Notes: generated by a model not told the origin, from the letters alone. Positions 28,616 to 50,324 are shown, counted from the stretch's first letter. The stretch is 64,000 bases of DNA from Amoebidium appalachense (GCA_963693365.1 CAVNZM010000003.1:9732782-9796781); one strand, 5' to 3'. A program made the numbers and translations.

Positions 28616-29399
28616 TGCAGGCGTTTCCCACCTTCAGGAGATCACCGGCTTCCCCATCGTGTCTGCCACCAACCTCATCGAAGCCACCTCCGACACGGGG
28701 GCCTTCGTCATCTACTCCTCCGCCTGCAAGCGTCTGGCAGTAAAACTATCCAAGATTTGCAACGATCTGCGCCTCCTTTCATCTGGCCCCCGCTGCGGCT
28801 TCAACGAAATCAACCTCCCGCCCATGCAACCCGGGTCTTCCATCATGCCCGGAAAGGTCAACCCCGTTATTCCCGAGGTTGTGAACCAGATCGCTTTCCG
28901 CGTATTCGGAAATGACCTCACCGTGACGTTCGCATCAGAGGCGGGGCAAATGCAACTGAACGCGTTTGAGCCAATCATTGCGCTCGCAATCCTCGAATCG
29001 AACCAGCTCCTGATTCGCGGGATGAAGGTCCTCCGGGAGAGGTGCATCGACGGGATCACGTGCAATGAGGACAGGTGCGCCGAGCTTGTGCGCACTAGCA
29101 TTGGTATCGTCACAGCACTGGTACCAGCGCTCGGTTACGCTGCGTCGGCGGAACTTTCCCGCGAGGCTCTGAAGACCGGGAGGGGCGTTTACGATCTCGT
29201 GCTCGAAAAGAAACTTCTGACGGAGGCAGAATTGGCCGATCTGCTCTCGCCACAGAACATGCTTCAGCCCAGGCCTAGAAAGTTCCATTACCCGCGGTCG
29301 GAGGCGTCTTCTCCCATGCCGGCTGAGAAAGGGACCGTGAGCCAGATGACGAGCCTGGCCACCCATATTGCTAACCTGACTGTCCCGGATAAGCGCTAG
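25867..29399 (+). CDS. aspA: Aspartate ammonia-lyase (aspartase), 504 aa, two exons
   Basis: Exon 1 25867-26602, phase-1 intron 26603-28620 (GTAAGA...ACATGCAG), exon 2 28621-29399. The junction reads YKEK-C-VSHLQEITGFPIVSATNLIEATSDTG. Fumarase/aspartase motifs QGGAGTSANMNANEV, SQSTND, GRTQLQDAVP and the signature GSSIMPGKVNPVIPE are present; YYGVQTLRA and NMGATAIGTG are aspartase-type. Confidence 0.95.
27170..27699. mobile_element. MITE-like non-autonomous DNA element inside the aspA intron
   Basis: AT-rich 530-bp block with imperfect terminal inverted repeats CAGGCCTGGATCGA / TTGATCTGGGCCTG, flanked by CTAG on both sides (27166-27169, 27700-27703). Confidence 0.5.
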
Positions 29400-29514
29400 G
29401 GGTGCCCGGGAAGGGGTGGGGGGCCGCAGAAGGGCGGGGAAGGGGGGGGGGGGGGGGGGGGGGGGGGGTGGAGGTGAGTGAGGTGTGTGTGCGAATGATA
29501 AGCTATAGGCGCCC

Positions 29515-29548
<34 letters not shown>

Positions 29549-30172
29549 GGTGAGCCTGCTGTATGTGCCTGGGAAGGATTTGCTATTGATACCACTATCC
29601 TTTGTATTTCAATCGGTAGGGGTATAAGTGGTGCTTGTGTATATTTCTGGCCGTGACGATAGACCGTAACGAGACTGGACGTAAAAGCGGAAAAAAAGAT
29701 AAAAATGGTTCCTCAATGTTGCCTTTCGTGACTAAATGTGTAAAGTCTGTTGTTTCTTGAGATATCCTGCACTAGTGAAACTTTCGGGCTCTGCGTTTCT
29801 TTTTTCGGATTTTCGCTCCCATATTAATCTGTTTCATTCAGACGATGATGTGAACCAAAACACTTAGTTAGTAACTTAAATAGGTAGCCTATCATGGTAA
29901 AAGGCCCATGAGTGCCCAAATAGGGCTTTCTTTTGCATGTTGTCACAGTTAACTTCTTCCGGTCAGTACATAAAAGACATACACCATAGTGCAGCAATGT
30001 GGTGGCTTGGACGGGTCACTGATGCACTTTCACGATTATTTTTAAGGTTGTTAAGTAAAGATGGTATCTGAAAACCACAAGTTTGCGTCCTTGTTGCTAT
30101 ATCTCACCGAATACCGCACCCCCTCCCCCCCCCCCCCCCCCCCCGCCCCCTCTCCCCGGCGCCCGGCCCTCC

Positions 30173-30229
<57 letters not shown>

Positions 30230-30896
30230 CCCCTCCCCCCCCCCGCTCCCCCCCCCCCCGGCTTTTCAGTTTCATTAAACTTTGTGCAGGTAGAACTGCG
30301 TCCAACAGTGTATGCCCCATGACCCACGGCAGGCACATGCATCAGAACAGGTGCACGTGGTGTTGGCTTCCCTTTTCTAGGTCTTTTCTTGGGCAAAAAG
30401 AGTTGAGGGGGGGGGAGGGGGGGGGTCGAGGGGCTACCGTCATCCTATTGACTGCAACGTGGAATTTCTTCATACTCGAAGAACTATGTATGATGCCTGA
30501 CACCAGTCCGCCATCCACTATATGGTTATTTGTCCAGCACGATGATTGGTTTTAAGTCATGCAATCTCGAAATACCTGTACACATGTTTATACACACAGC
30601 TGGCAAAACGCGGCTTCCGGCACCAGCTTTCGCTATATATACGGGGCAGAAACGTAATTTCAATTCATAGTAATAGAATTCGTGGTAATAAGAAATAGAA
30701 ATCAGCGGCTGCCCTGTGATAGTGTCGCATTTTGCAACTTTTGATCCTTGTATAACACCTTAAATATTCCCCTGACCGGTGACTGCTATTTAATCGAACA
30801 ACAACGTCGTGTGATGTATACATATGCACATCATCACGGTGCACAAACAAACACACACACACACACACGTGCACACACACACACATACACACACAC

Positions 30897-30962
<66 letters not shown>

Positions 30963-31033
30963 TACACATACACACACACACGCACACACACGCACACACG
31001 TGTGCGCGCACACACGCACACGCGTACACCTAG

Positions 31034-31088
<55 letters not shown>

Positions 31089-31090
31089 GT

Positions 31091-31169
<79 letters not shown>

Positions 31170-31480
31170 CACACACACACAAATACCCATACAAATTGTC
31201 CCCTCCTCCGCCCCTCCCTCCTCCCACCCTCCCCCCCCAGCTCCTCCCACCACCACCATCATTAATTGAAAATGGAAATCAAAACTGAAGGGGAAAAGGT
31301 GAGGGATGGGGGATGGAGAACCGAGACCCCCCCGAGCGGAGGTGATTGAGGGGTGGGGGGGCTGGGTAAGGGGAGGGGGAGGGGAGGGGGGGGGGGGGGG
31401 AGGGGGTGTGGGCAGGGGAGGGGGGCTGGGCATGGCCTGTGATTCCGGGAGCCTAGGAAATAGTCTGAGGAGTGGCAGAG

Positions 31481-31712
31481 CAGGGCTCGAATTTTCGTTT
31501 CGGCTTATTGGAGGGGCCAACTCTTACTTTGGGAATTGCCAAAAAAACTTTGGAAAACCTTCCGGATCCGATGCCGGGTGGTTCCATCCCTCACCCCATT
31601 TAAAGCCGAATTTGCTGTGTGCTGTTTTTTTTAGCGAAGAGTGCGCAGAGAGGTATGAGTTACTGGTCGGTACCCGGTGGCCATAAGAAAGGGGAAGGGG
31701 CCGGGGAATGAA

Positions 31713-31751
<39 letters not shown>

Positions 31752-31752
31752 G

Positions 31753-31815
<63 letters not shown>

Positions 31816-32229
31816 GTGGGAGCTGGGAGAGGGAGTGTGCCGTGGTGGACCCGGAGGGGCCGGGTTGCCTCCGGATCATGAGGTGGCCCTTTTTGAATTT
31901 CCGCGGAAGGTTGCCAGCCCAAATAATTTGAGTATTTTGAACGAAAATTGAATATTGTGTGAACTTTAGACACCTTACGAAGCGGGGCACTTGTTGTTTT
32001 ATCACGAGTACATGTAGGGGCAGCAGCTGACTGGGTGGTGGTGGTTTCCTATCCCCTTGAACGGTCTTTGGGAAATCGTTCAGCAACTAGTTGGGATATT
32101 GCCAAACGCTCTTTGGTAATTTCGGCATCTGTTCAGCAGAGGTTCCATGCATTTCCGAAACTTTAACATTAGAGAAAAGGAGTCCTTGATCACCTAAACT
32201 AGTACAATGTACCGTCATTTCGGGCCCTG
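31481..32229. mobile_element. Possible hAT-like non-autonomous element
   Basis: Inverted termini CAGGGCTCGAA / TTCGGGCCCTG. No 8-bp TSD detectable. Confidence 0.3.
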
Positions 32230-33691
32230 CTCCCCCCCCCCCCCCCCCCCCCCCTCCCCCCCCTCCCCTCCCCCCGGGGCCCCCACCCCATCGGCCCACC
32301 CACCCGTCTGAGCAGGTCGGTCCCCCCCTCCCCTCCTCCCCACCCCCTCCCCTCCCCTCCTTCCCCCTCATTTTCAACTCAAAAATGCCTAACCCTATTA
32401 ACGCAAAAGTCCGCCCTTCCCACGTCGAGTCATCGAGCCCAGATCTAGATGCATGTACAACAGCCTACCTCTCCCCACTGCATACATTAGATCCCTGTAT
32501 GGCACAGCGAGGCTGCAGCATAGGGCCCTCCCCCCTCCCTCCCGCCCTGCAATATAGGAGGCTTCCCCCCCCCCCCCCCTCCCCCCTCCCCCCCGTTCCT
32601 TTCCATCCGGCCAGGGTCATTGGTTCTAAACACCGCTGCTGAGCTACATAACTGGCGTTGCTATCTGGTTGTAACGGGGCTTTTAAAATATAGTAATATA
32701 TATATTTTTTTTTATGGCCACCCAGAAGAAGAATGATTTGGCAACAGGTAGCAAATAAAACCGGTAAAAAGGAAAGACAAACACACCCTCGCACAGGTCT
32801 CCCCATGACCCCCCCCCCCCCCCCCCTCCTCCCCCCTCCCCCCCCCCCCCCTCCCCCCCCCCCCCCCCCCCTTCCCCCCCCCTTCCCCACCTTTTCCCCT
32901 ACTGCTTTTCCTGGTTCGGTCCATCCGATACATGGATGCCAAATAGAAATACTCAGGGAGCTCGAGGAAAAGATGGAAACCAAACGGGAGGACTGAAAAA
33001 AATGAATAAACACTGAAACCTACAGCCAGCAGTGGGGACTCCTGGGGAGCGCTCAGGGATTGACAATGCTCAAGGAGCTTCACTTCAAATCAACTTGAAG
33101 GCTTCTCAGCCGGCGCCGGCCTCTTTGAAATATTCCATTCATTATTGCATTCATTTTCCGGCCTTCCCCTTCCATAAATTGCACCACAAACATAAACTTT
33201 CCCAGGAGGTTAACTTGGGGAACATTCCCGATGCTGCCTGCAGCAGGAGCTCAAATTTAATCCGATATCATGCAGAACTTTTTCGGCAAACTTTCAGTGG
33301 AATATTCGATCTAAATATAGTTGGGCACGTTCGAAGTCCATCATGACGTGTTGAAGCTTGCATACGTTCTTCTGGCAATTCCGAACATGACCAGTGGGCA
33401 GCACTGACGGGGTGCATGCAGTGGACGAGATTCGCTTGTATGATATGTGTCTGTGCACATGTGTGTGTGTGCACGTGTGCGTGTGTGTGTGTGTGTGTGT
33501 GCGTGGGGCAGGGGTGCACTGGTGGTGGTGGTGGTGGTGGTGGGGGGGGCGGCGGGACAAGAGCGGTTGAATGTGTTATGTTCGCGGGGAGGAAAGGAGA
33601 GAGGGGGTGGGTGGGTGGTGGTGGTGGTGGGGGGGGGGGGGGGGGGGGGGGGGGGGAGGAGGAGGATGGCATCTCCGGGGCCGGGGAAGGT

Positions 33692-33737
<46 letters not shown>

Positions 33738-34220
33738 CTACCAGTACCAGATCTAGCTAGAGAAATAGCTCTTGGATAGCTTGCCGCGTGGGCAATCAGG
33801 GGCCTACATGGAAAACTGAGTCTCGGAGACATGTTGAGAAGCATATACACAGAAGATGCCTCAAGAAAACTCGAGAAGAACCGCTCATCAGGTGGTGTTG
33901 GGTAGTTGCCATGTTGGGCGCAGCACAAAGTGGAGCGATCGGATTGGCGCAATCTCACCAAATCATTTGGACTCTTTTCTGGAGCCAATCGCCTCGAGTG
34001 TCTACATAACTTACATTATGTCATACATACAATAGTACTGTTCAACACTTTTCAGAATATACCCACTGGCGCAGCCATTATTTCATAGTTGGAGAGAAAT
34101 TGAAGGCAAACTAAAATTATAATTATATATCAGCCCGAGTCTTGACAAGCTGTTTGCAGAGCAATGAGCAAACCGAAGAACAGCCTCTTGATTTCAAGAG
34201 CAGCTTAGCCTTGTGCAGGC

Positions 34221-34312
34221 GACCAATCCAAAATCATACTTCAAACTGAGCCAATCAGAATGCGCTCACGTTTGTGATTGGCTGCTTGCGCCAAGTGTAG
34301 GGACTATATAAA
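34221..34312 (+). promoter_or_regulatory. Pol II promoter of the alcohol dehydrogenase gene: three CCAAT boxes plus a TATA box
   Basis: CCAAT at 34223 and 34251, ATTGG at 34277, TATATAAA at 34305-34312, about 145 nt upstream of the ATG. Confidence 0.6.
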
Positions 34313-34456
34313 CACCAGTCAGCGAGTCCACAAATGTCATTCCAAACAGTCAAGCTTTCCAAAGCGAAACCCTGATACACAACGCATCACTTCACAGTGA
34401 AAAAACGCCAAAAAATCAACAGAAATCCTTCCAAAACCCACCGAAAATCTCCCAAA

Positions 34457-35518
34457 ATGGCACCCATCCCCACCACCATGAAAGCCGCTGTTGTCGAGCG
34501 CGCCGGCCACATTGTCGTCAAGGACGTCCCCGTACCGGAGCCCAAATACGGCGAAGTACTTATCAAGGTCATCACCTCGGGTGTGTGCCACACAGACCTG
34601 CACGTGCTAGACGGTGACTGGGATAACGCCAAGCCCACCTACCCAGTTATCCCGGGCCACGAGGCAGCCGGTGTTGTTGTCAAGCTGGGAGAGGGTGTAA
34701 CAACGCTCAAAATCGGCGACCGTGTGGGAAGCGCTTGGCTGCACGACAGCTGCATGTCATGCGAACACTGCCTGGCTGGGTGGGAGACAGTCTGTGCCCA
34801 ACAACACCAAACAGGGTTTGCAGCCGATGGTGGTTTTGCCGAATACTGCGTTGCGCGTGCTGACTTTGTCGGTCGTATTCCCGACAAGTTGGAAAATGCT
34901 GCAGCCTCCCCCATTCTTTGCGCCGGTGTGACGACCTACAAAGGTTTAAAGGAAACCAAAGTGCGGCCGCTGCAGTGGGTGGCAATCCACGGTGCAAGCG
35001 GTGGACTGGGTCACGTGGCCGTGCAGTATGCTAAGGCCATGGGCATGAAGGTGCTTGCAATTGACTTTGGCGCAGACAGAGTTAAGTATTGCTTGGAGGC
35101 TTTGGGTGCAGATGCGGGTGTGGATGCTAAGGACGGCGATGTGGTGGCTAAGGTGCATGCGGCTGTACCCGGTGGCCCGCATGGTGTTCTGATTGTGGCC
35201 CCGGCCCTTGCCGCGTACGAACAGGCGGCGCTGTACGTGCGTGCCCGCGGAACGGTTGTAGGTATCTCTCTGCCCGCTGGAGAGTTTAAGGTTAACCCTG
35301 TGGATATGATTTTGTATGCAAAGACGATTAAGGGCTCGATTGTGGGCACGCGTCTGGATCTGCAGGAGGCTTTGGATATTGCGGCCGAGGGCTGTGTGAA
35401 GAGTCACCTGATTGAGGACAAGTTGGAGAATGTGCCTAAGATCTTAAAGGACCTTAAGGATGGAAAGATTAAGGGGCGTGTGGTTCTGCGTATGGCACCA
35501 GACACCTGTGCATGCTAG
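34457..35518 (+). CDS. adh: Zinc-dependent alcohol dehydrogenase (MDR family, AdhP/yeast ADH1-like), 353 aa, intronless
   Basis: Catalytic Zn motifs GVCHTDLH, GHEAAG and ILCAGVTTYKGLK; structural Zn CMSCEHCLAGWETVC; Rossmann GASGGLG; C-terminal GKIKGRVV. ATG in AAAATGG context. Confidence 0.95.
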   Translation: MAPIPTTMKAAVVERAGHIVVKDVPVPEPKYGEVLIKVITSGVCHTDLHVLDGDWDNAKPTYPVIPGHEAAGVVVKLGEGVTTLKIGDRVGSAWLHDSCMSCEHCLAGWETVCAQQHQTGFAADGGFAEYCVARADFVGRIPDKLENAAASPILCAGVTTYKGLKETKVRPLQWVAIHGASGGLGHVAVQYAKAMGMKVLAIDFGADRVKYCLEALGADAGVDAKDGDVVAKVHAAVPGGPHGVLIVAPALAAYEQAALYVRARGTVVGISLPAGEFKVNPVDMILYAKTIKGSIVGTRLDLQEALDIAAEGCVKSHLIEDKLENVPKILKDLKDGKIKGRVVLRMAPDTCAC

Positions 35519-36077
35519 AAACAATTAGGTCGAATTTCGATTTAAAATCAAGGTTCAGAATTTTGGGCATACATATGCGCAGTGTCACCAGTTTTTTTGT
35601 TTGTTTTTTTTGCACTAGTGGGCGGTAATTAGTTAGATATCTGGTTTTGTTTTCCAATCGCTAAGCATGCTTTGTATATGACAATAATGTACATACACCT
35701 TATGTTGAATTTGAAAATAGGGAGTGTTTGTAGCACTTCTCGTAGTTTAGAACAAAACTTTAAGGCAGGGAATTCAAGATGCTATTATTAGTGAGTTAGA
35801 AAGCGAATAAAAAAAATAATGCGGCAAAACTAGTCTGGATCTGTAATTTTTACGTCAACCACAACGGCTACAACATGCCATCACATGCTGTTATGAAGAT
35901 TTTCTTAGACGTGCTGTTTTTGGAAATCACTGGCTTTCTGAGGGGGGGCCCGGGGCTAGAGTGCACTTTTTCAAATGGAAGCACACATGCACAACCTGCA
36001 CGTCAAATCACATTTTTAACTATTTCCATTCACACACCTAAGAACTCAATTGCAATAAGTACTACATTGAGCCATCA

Positions 36078-36111
<34 letters not shown>

Positions 36112-36777
36112 AGGAGGCCTAATCTCAAAGGCCAGGAGTCCGCGGCAAAGTGAACCGGTGCTACAAAAGGCCATCTATTATGGTACCGTAACTCCCACCA
36201 CCAGCATGCACACTACACGACCAAAGTAAAAGTTGAAATTTAACCACACTGTCTCTCGTCCCCTCCCCTCCCAGATAAAAAGAGGGGGAGAGGGTGGGGG
36301 GACACCTCAGCGTAGCTCGAGAGAGAGACGAGAGCTCGAGGGGGGGGCCCGGGAACTCGAGAGAGAGCTCGAGGGGGGGGGAGGGGGGGGGGGGGGGGGG
36401 GGGGGGGGAGACAGAGCGTGCGCGTGCGCATGCGCACCAATCGCGAGTCTCAATGGGAGAGTTAGAGGGGTAGATGTGGTGTGCCACGAAGCACACGCGG
36501 TTGAGAATCTCTTACCCTATGAACCAATGATATGGATGTAATGATTACCATATATGGATAGCCTAGCTGAGCCCTGATCCCAGAGTACATGTATGACCGT
36601 CACTTCTGAGCGGGTCTCAGTTGTCAGTTGATATCAGTTGGACACAGGCACACATGAGGTCTTGCATTAAAGATGGGTCACAGGTTGAGACATAACCCGA
36701 GACTCTATTAAGAGCACATAGCACACAGACCACAACAGAGAACCCACCGAGGACCACATACAGACATATAACATAAC

Positions 36778-36829
<52 letters not shown>

Positions 36830-36903
36830 TCAACATCGTGGCGCCCCTTGACCGAACACCCAATCCCATATGATAGGGAGGCTCGGAGACTAGTACTGTG
36901 TAG

Positions 36904-36997
36904 GGTGGTCACCCGGTGATGACTTCACCCCGGGGCTCACCTGGAGTTGATTGACCCGCAGCAAATCTATTCGATCTATTTTGTGTTCTTTGGCGCC
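36904..36997. repeat. Short dispersed repeat, copy 1 (copy 2 at 48607-48682)
   Basis: Both copies read GGGTGGT..GGAGTTGATTG..CCGC..A(A/G)ATCTATTCGATCTATTT(T)GTGTT..TTTGGCGCCA and both lie downstream of (GA)n tracts. Confidence 0.7.
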
Positions 36998-37238
36998 ACT
37001 CCGGATGGCCGCACAGTTAGAGGGAGGGAAGCAAGGGTGAGTGTGTTTACACAATAATGAGCACGCAAGTTCAGAATCTGTAGCTAACAGGTCCGATCCA
37101 GTTCTGTGTGTAAGGCAGATACGGCGCTAGAATGTATACCATGATGCCATAAGTACTCGTATATGTGAAGAACCTTCAGGGTTTTATATCCAAATCCGAG
37201 CAGCACAATTTAGGCAGTACACATCGCTTAAATGTTTT

Positions 37239-37278
<40 letters not shown>

Positions 37279-37647
37279 CCCCCCCCCCTCCCCCCCACCT
37301 CCCCAGCTCACACATTTACGTCGGGAAGCGACAAATTACCATAGTAAGGGGGGGGGTAAATAAAAAGAAGTCACACCTATCCACTGTGTGCCCGTTTTCT
37401 TTGTTTCGACTGCACACCTGGCCTACAACGCAGATAAATAGTGACAGGTGCACCTAACACTTTTAGTAAGATAAAACCTGCATTTATTATAGTAGATAAA
37501 CCCAGCCAACACCAACCAGGCGGGACTAGCTCGTGGAACTCTTGTAAAACTATGATGTGTGGTTAATCGGACAACAACAACTTTTTGGGACAAAATGTTT
37601 CGGCCCGTCTATAGATTCAACAGTATTACGGCAAAAACCCGTAAAAG

Positions 37648-37680
<33 letters not shown>

Positions 37681-38232
37681 ACCAAAACCCCAATCAACTT
37701 TCAATCCAAAGCACACAGCCCACCTACACAACTCGAGCCTCAATTTCTCGCAGTAGCGAGAATTCCCTTGCAGTTTACAGTTCTTCAACAAAACCCGGAA
37801 AAAAAAAAAAAAAAGAAAAAAAAAAGGCCCATCGATCCACGGCACATCCTAACCTGATCCCCACACCCTATGCACTCTATTTTTTCCATATTGCATTTCA
37901 TATAGATCGGGGCATCAGACTGGGCTAAGAACGGATACATAGTACAGTTGCCATAGACACGGCGAGATAGTCGCAGAGATAGCTCTACCGAATATTCAAC
38001 GAGATATACCAAACACGAAAAAAATTCTATCCGTAGGATTTGTAAACACTTGACACGCACAACACTCTACAATGCATTACAGCCTATGCCCGTAGCCACC
38101 ACAGAAAGCACAGGTTGCTTGGTGTCTATTCTCACCACCTGCCTGTCTGCCTGTATGTTCCACACCCACATACCACCCGAATATCCCACGAGATTTACAC
38201 CAAAACACGAAATTTACAGCGTAGTATGAACT

Positions 38233-46733
<8,501 letters not shown>

Positions 46734-47026
46734 GGCTGAGGTGGACACACCGGTGTGTGCGTGTGGAGTGGATAAAAGGGCACAAAAACTAGGCTATATA
46801 CAGTGCATCGTGTTGTTTTATATCACTGTGGCCATGAGTGGAATACGTAAGAGAAAGCACTAATGCTCTAACTGAGTAGTTGTGGCCAAACTTTGGGCGA
46901 CGTTCACGCCGACGGAAACGAAGTAACGAAGTAACGGTCAAAAATGTACCGCCAAATTGGTTGTCGGGTCGGATCACAAAACCGGGTCAGAACCAAACTT
47001 TTCGGGCCGGGTCAAACTATCGAGCC

Positions 47027-47062
<36 letters not shown>

Positions 47063-48332
47063 TAAAAAAAAAAAAAAAAAAAAAAAAAGAAACGTAAAAG
47101 AAAAAGAAAAGGGACAGGGGTAGAATGTACAGTGCACTGTCTGTTTTTTATTCTGTTGGGCGGCTAGCCATGCATGTGCAAATTGGCAAAGGACGAGTGA
47201 TCATGACGCGGCGATGGCCATTAATATATATATTAATATTAATATTGATATGCATGGCCATGGCCATAGCAAACCATGTGCACCTCGCAGGGCAGTGTGT
47301 GGCATATTTTTTCAATTGAACAGGTGTAAATATTATGGCTGAAAATTCACTGGTGAAGCCACCATCTGTTGCATAAATCTTGTATGCATGATTCTTTTGT
47401 GCATCATGATCTTGAGTCCCCCGGGCCCCCCCCCCCTCCCCCCCCCCCCCCCCCCCCCCCCCCTCCCCCGGCCCCCTCCCCCCCCCTCCACCTCCCCCTC
47501 CCCCCCTCCTCCCCCGGTGCCGTTTTTTTCCACAGGCAACGCACCCACACCACAGGGAACTTTGTATCTCAGGCGTGCACTAGATCAGCCTAATATGTAC
47601 ACGAATAGTCTATCGTATACGTACTTACGGGTTCAGGCATGCATGCATGCACACATGTGATCACATGAGCATGCACAAAAATGCACTCACACATGTATGT
47701 ACACCCACAGGGACCCGTATGACTCACATGGCGTCAATCGTAATAAATCTCACCTCAATAATCGCATATCCCTATATCGAATTTTTCTCCGGTTCCATGG
47801 CCCCTTGGCACGTTTTCTGTGCGTGAATCTGTGTGTTTGTATGTGTGTGTGTGACGCTGTGGCCATGCACGGGTGGTGGTGTGGAAGGTGAGGTTGACAA
47901 TGTGTCTGATTTTTTTTTTTTTTTTTGGCTCATGTGCACATGCCTGTGTGTGTGACTAGTGTGTCTGCTGTTCTCGATCACGGTGTGTGTGTGTTCATGT
48001 GTGTATGTGTGTATGCGTGTGCGTGTGCGTGTGTTTGTGTGTGCGCACGTGTATGCGTGCGTGTGCCTGTGCGTGTGTGCGCACGCAAGCGTGTGTGTGT
48101 TTGTGTATGCGTGTGTGTATGTTTGAACTGTGTTTCAGTGTTAACGTTTGCCGTACACGTGTGCATGCCTGCAAAAATCCTCTTATGATCATGGTGTGTG
48201 TGGGTCATCATCATCTCAAGGCTTTATAATTCTAAAAGGATACAGTCCAGGAAACTCGTTGCTTCACAGGCTTATATCCCTTGCCCATGCATATATCTAT
48301 GGACGCAAATCAAGAATTCTACTCCCTTAAAG

Positions 48333-48380
<48 letters not shown>

Positions 48381-48387
48381 GGGGGGG

Positions 48388-48421
<34 letters not shown>

Positions 48422-48476
48422 CCTAGGAGAGGGGGGAGAGAGGGGTGGGGGGAGGGAGGGGGGGGAGGGAGGGGGG

Positions 48477-48560
<84 letters not shown>

Positions 48561-48699
48561 GGTAGGGAGGGAGGGGGAGAGCCGGAGAAGGAGTCCTCCT
48601 TGCCAGGGTGGTGACGCCCGAAGGCTGTCGGAGTTGATTGGTCCGCGACAGATCTATTCGATCTATTTGTGTTTTTGGCGCCAAGGTTTAGTCCACTGG

Positions 48700-50255
48700 C
48701 TTACGTAAGTGGCCGGGCACTATGTAGTACGGGGTGTACCACACTGCATTGGTGTTCTGTTAGAAGCACTCTTGTCTCAAACCTATGGTAGAGCTGTGGT
48801 TAATGGGCATCTTTCATATGGTTTTGCTCGTACTAGAGGTCTCTTGCAGGGTTCATTGCTTAGCCCCTTTTTGTTTAACCTATTTATAGATGATTTGGCT
48901 GTCAAGATTTACGCCGAAAACGATGACCCTATTAATAACTTTCCGCCTGCACTTCTCTATGCTGATGATCTGTCCCTCCTTGCCCGTACCCCTAGACGCC
49001 TGCAAAGATTGTTCGATGTAGTGTCAGAGTGGTGCAAGGCAAACCTTATGATCCTTAACATAGACAAATGTGGTGTTCTTGTACCTGATATAGCTAACAA
49101 TTTACACACATTTACATTATCATCTAAACCTGTACCTATAGTTCCAGAATACAAATATCTTGGTGTTCCGGTTGATTCTGTTGGTGTTATGTTTCCCCAT
49201 ATGGTCGAAAAGAGGGTAGAGTTGGCTCGTAAGCGGTTAGCTTTCTTCTCGGCTAATATTTTTAAAGACACACCCCTCCATCCTTCTATTAGACTTACAT
49301 TTATTCGCACTTTTGTCTTCCCGGCATGTGAATATGGTTTACCCCTTCTCGCCGCTTGGATCAAGAAAGAGAGAACTAGAGCGCTTAAACCCTTGGCAAA
49401 TTTCCTTGAAGCAGAAGTTGCCTCCTTTCTATCTAACAACTGTTGTAAACCTGGGCCTGTAACGCTCTCGATATATGGTCTGGTCCCAATAGCTGCTAGA
49501 GTATCCTATCTCGCGCTGAAATTCAATAAGCACATAAGCCGCTTAAAGAAGTATTTGCCCTCCCACCCTCTCTTCTCTATCCGACCTGTCCCCTCCTCAC
49601 CTCCCCCCTCTTTCCTCCCCTCTCTCTCCCCTTCTCCCCTGGGCACAAATACAAATAAACCCCGCAATAGTGTGTGTGTGACTTTGGACTGCCACTTACT
49701 TATTAAACATGTACACAATCACAAGATAATCACGCAATATAACAAATGGAAAAAGATACCACACGACACTAGACCCGATGAAAGCATACACCTTGAAAAA
49801 CTAAGCCTTATGTCTCGTTTTATATATACTGACCGCCTCAACCATATTGCCAAATATGGCACTCGCAAGTGTATAACACCTAAATACATATTACCTTCCT
49901 GTAGAACTGGTCTTTCTCTAGCTGATGGTATTATTGATCAATTACCACGCTTTTACTGTACACGTGCTATACAGTGGAGATCTAATAAGTATAAGGTGGC
50001 ATCATTTGCATGCCCAAACAACACACACACACACCAGTTTAACCGGTCATGTATCGCCAAATGTAGTTTGATAGACCACATAATACCGCAACACACACAC
50101 GTCACATTCACAACAGACACCCAGAAAGATAGCCTACCTGTAAATTACAACATCCTTGATTTTATACTAAACACGCGTAACTACGACCTGTTTATTAGAT
50201 GTATTGATTGGCTTGAGAAACACATCACTACAAAATTATAGCGCACACACACACA

Positions 50256-50324
<69 letters not shown>

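Noticed and set aside
25867-29399. Two separate genes, a fumarase, or bacterial contamination
   Set aside because: The halves splice in frame across a canonical intron with host-type repeats, and the motifs are aspartase-type.
36336-36353. CTCGAGGGGGGGGCCCGG resembling a pBluescript polylinker
   Set aside because: Short, with a different G count and no flanking vector sequence; embedded in a local GAGCTCGAG repeat.
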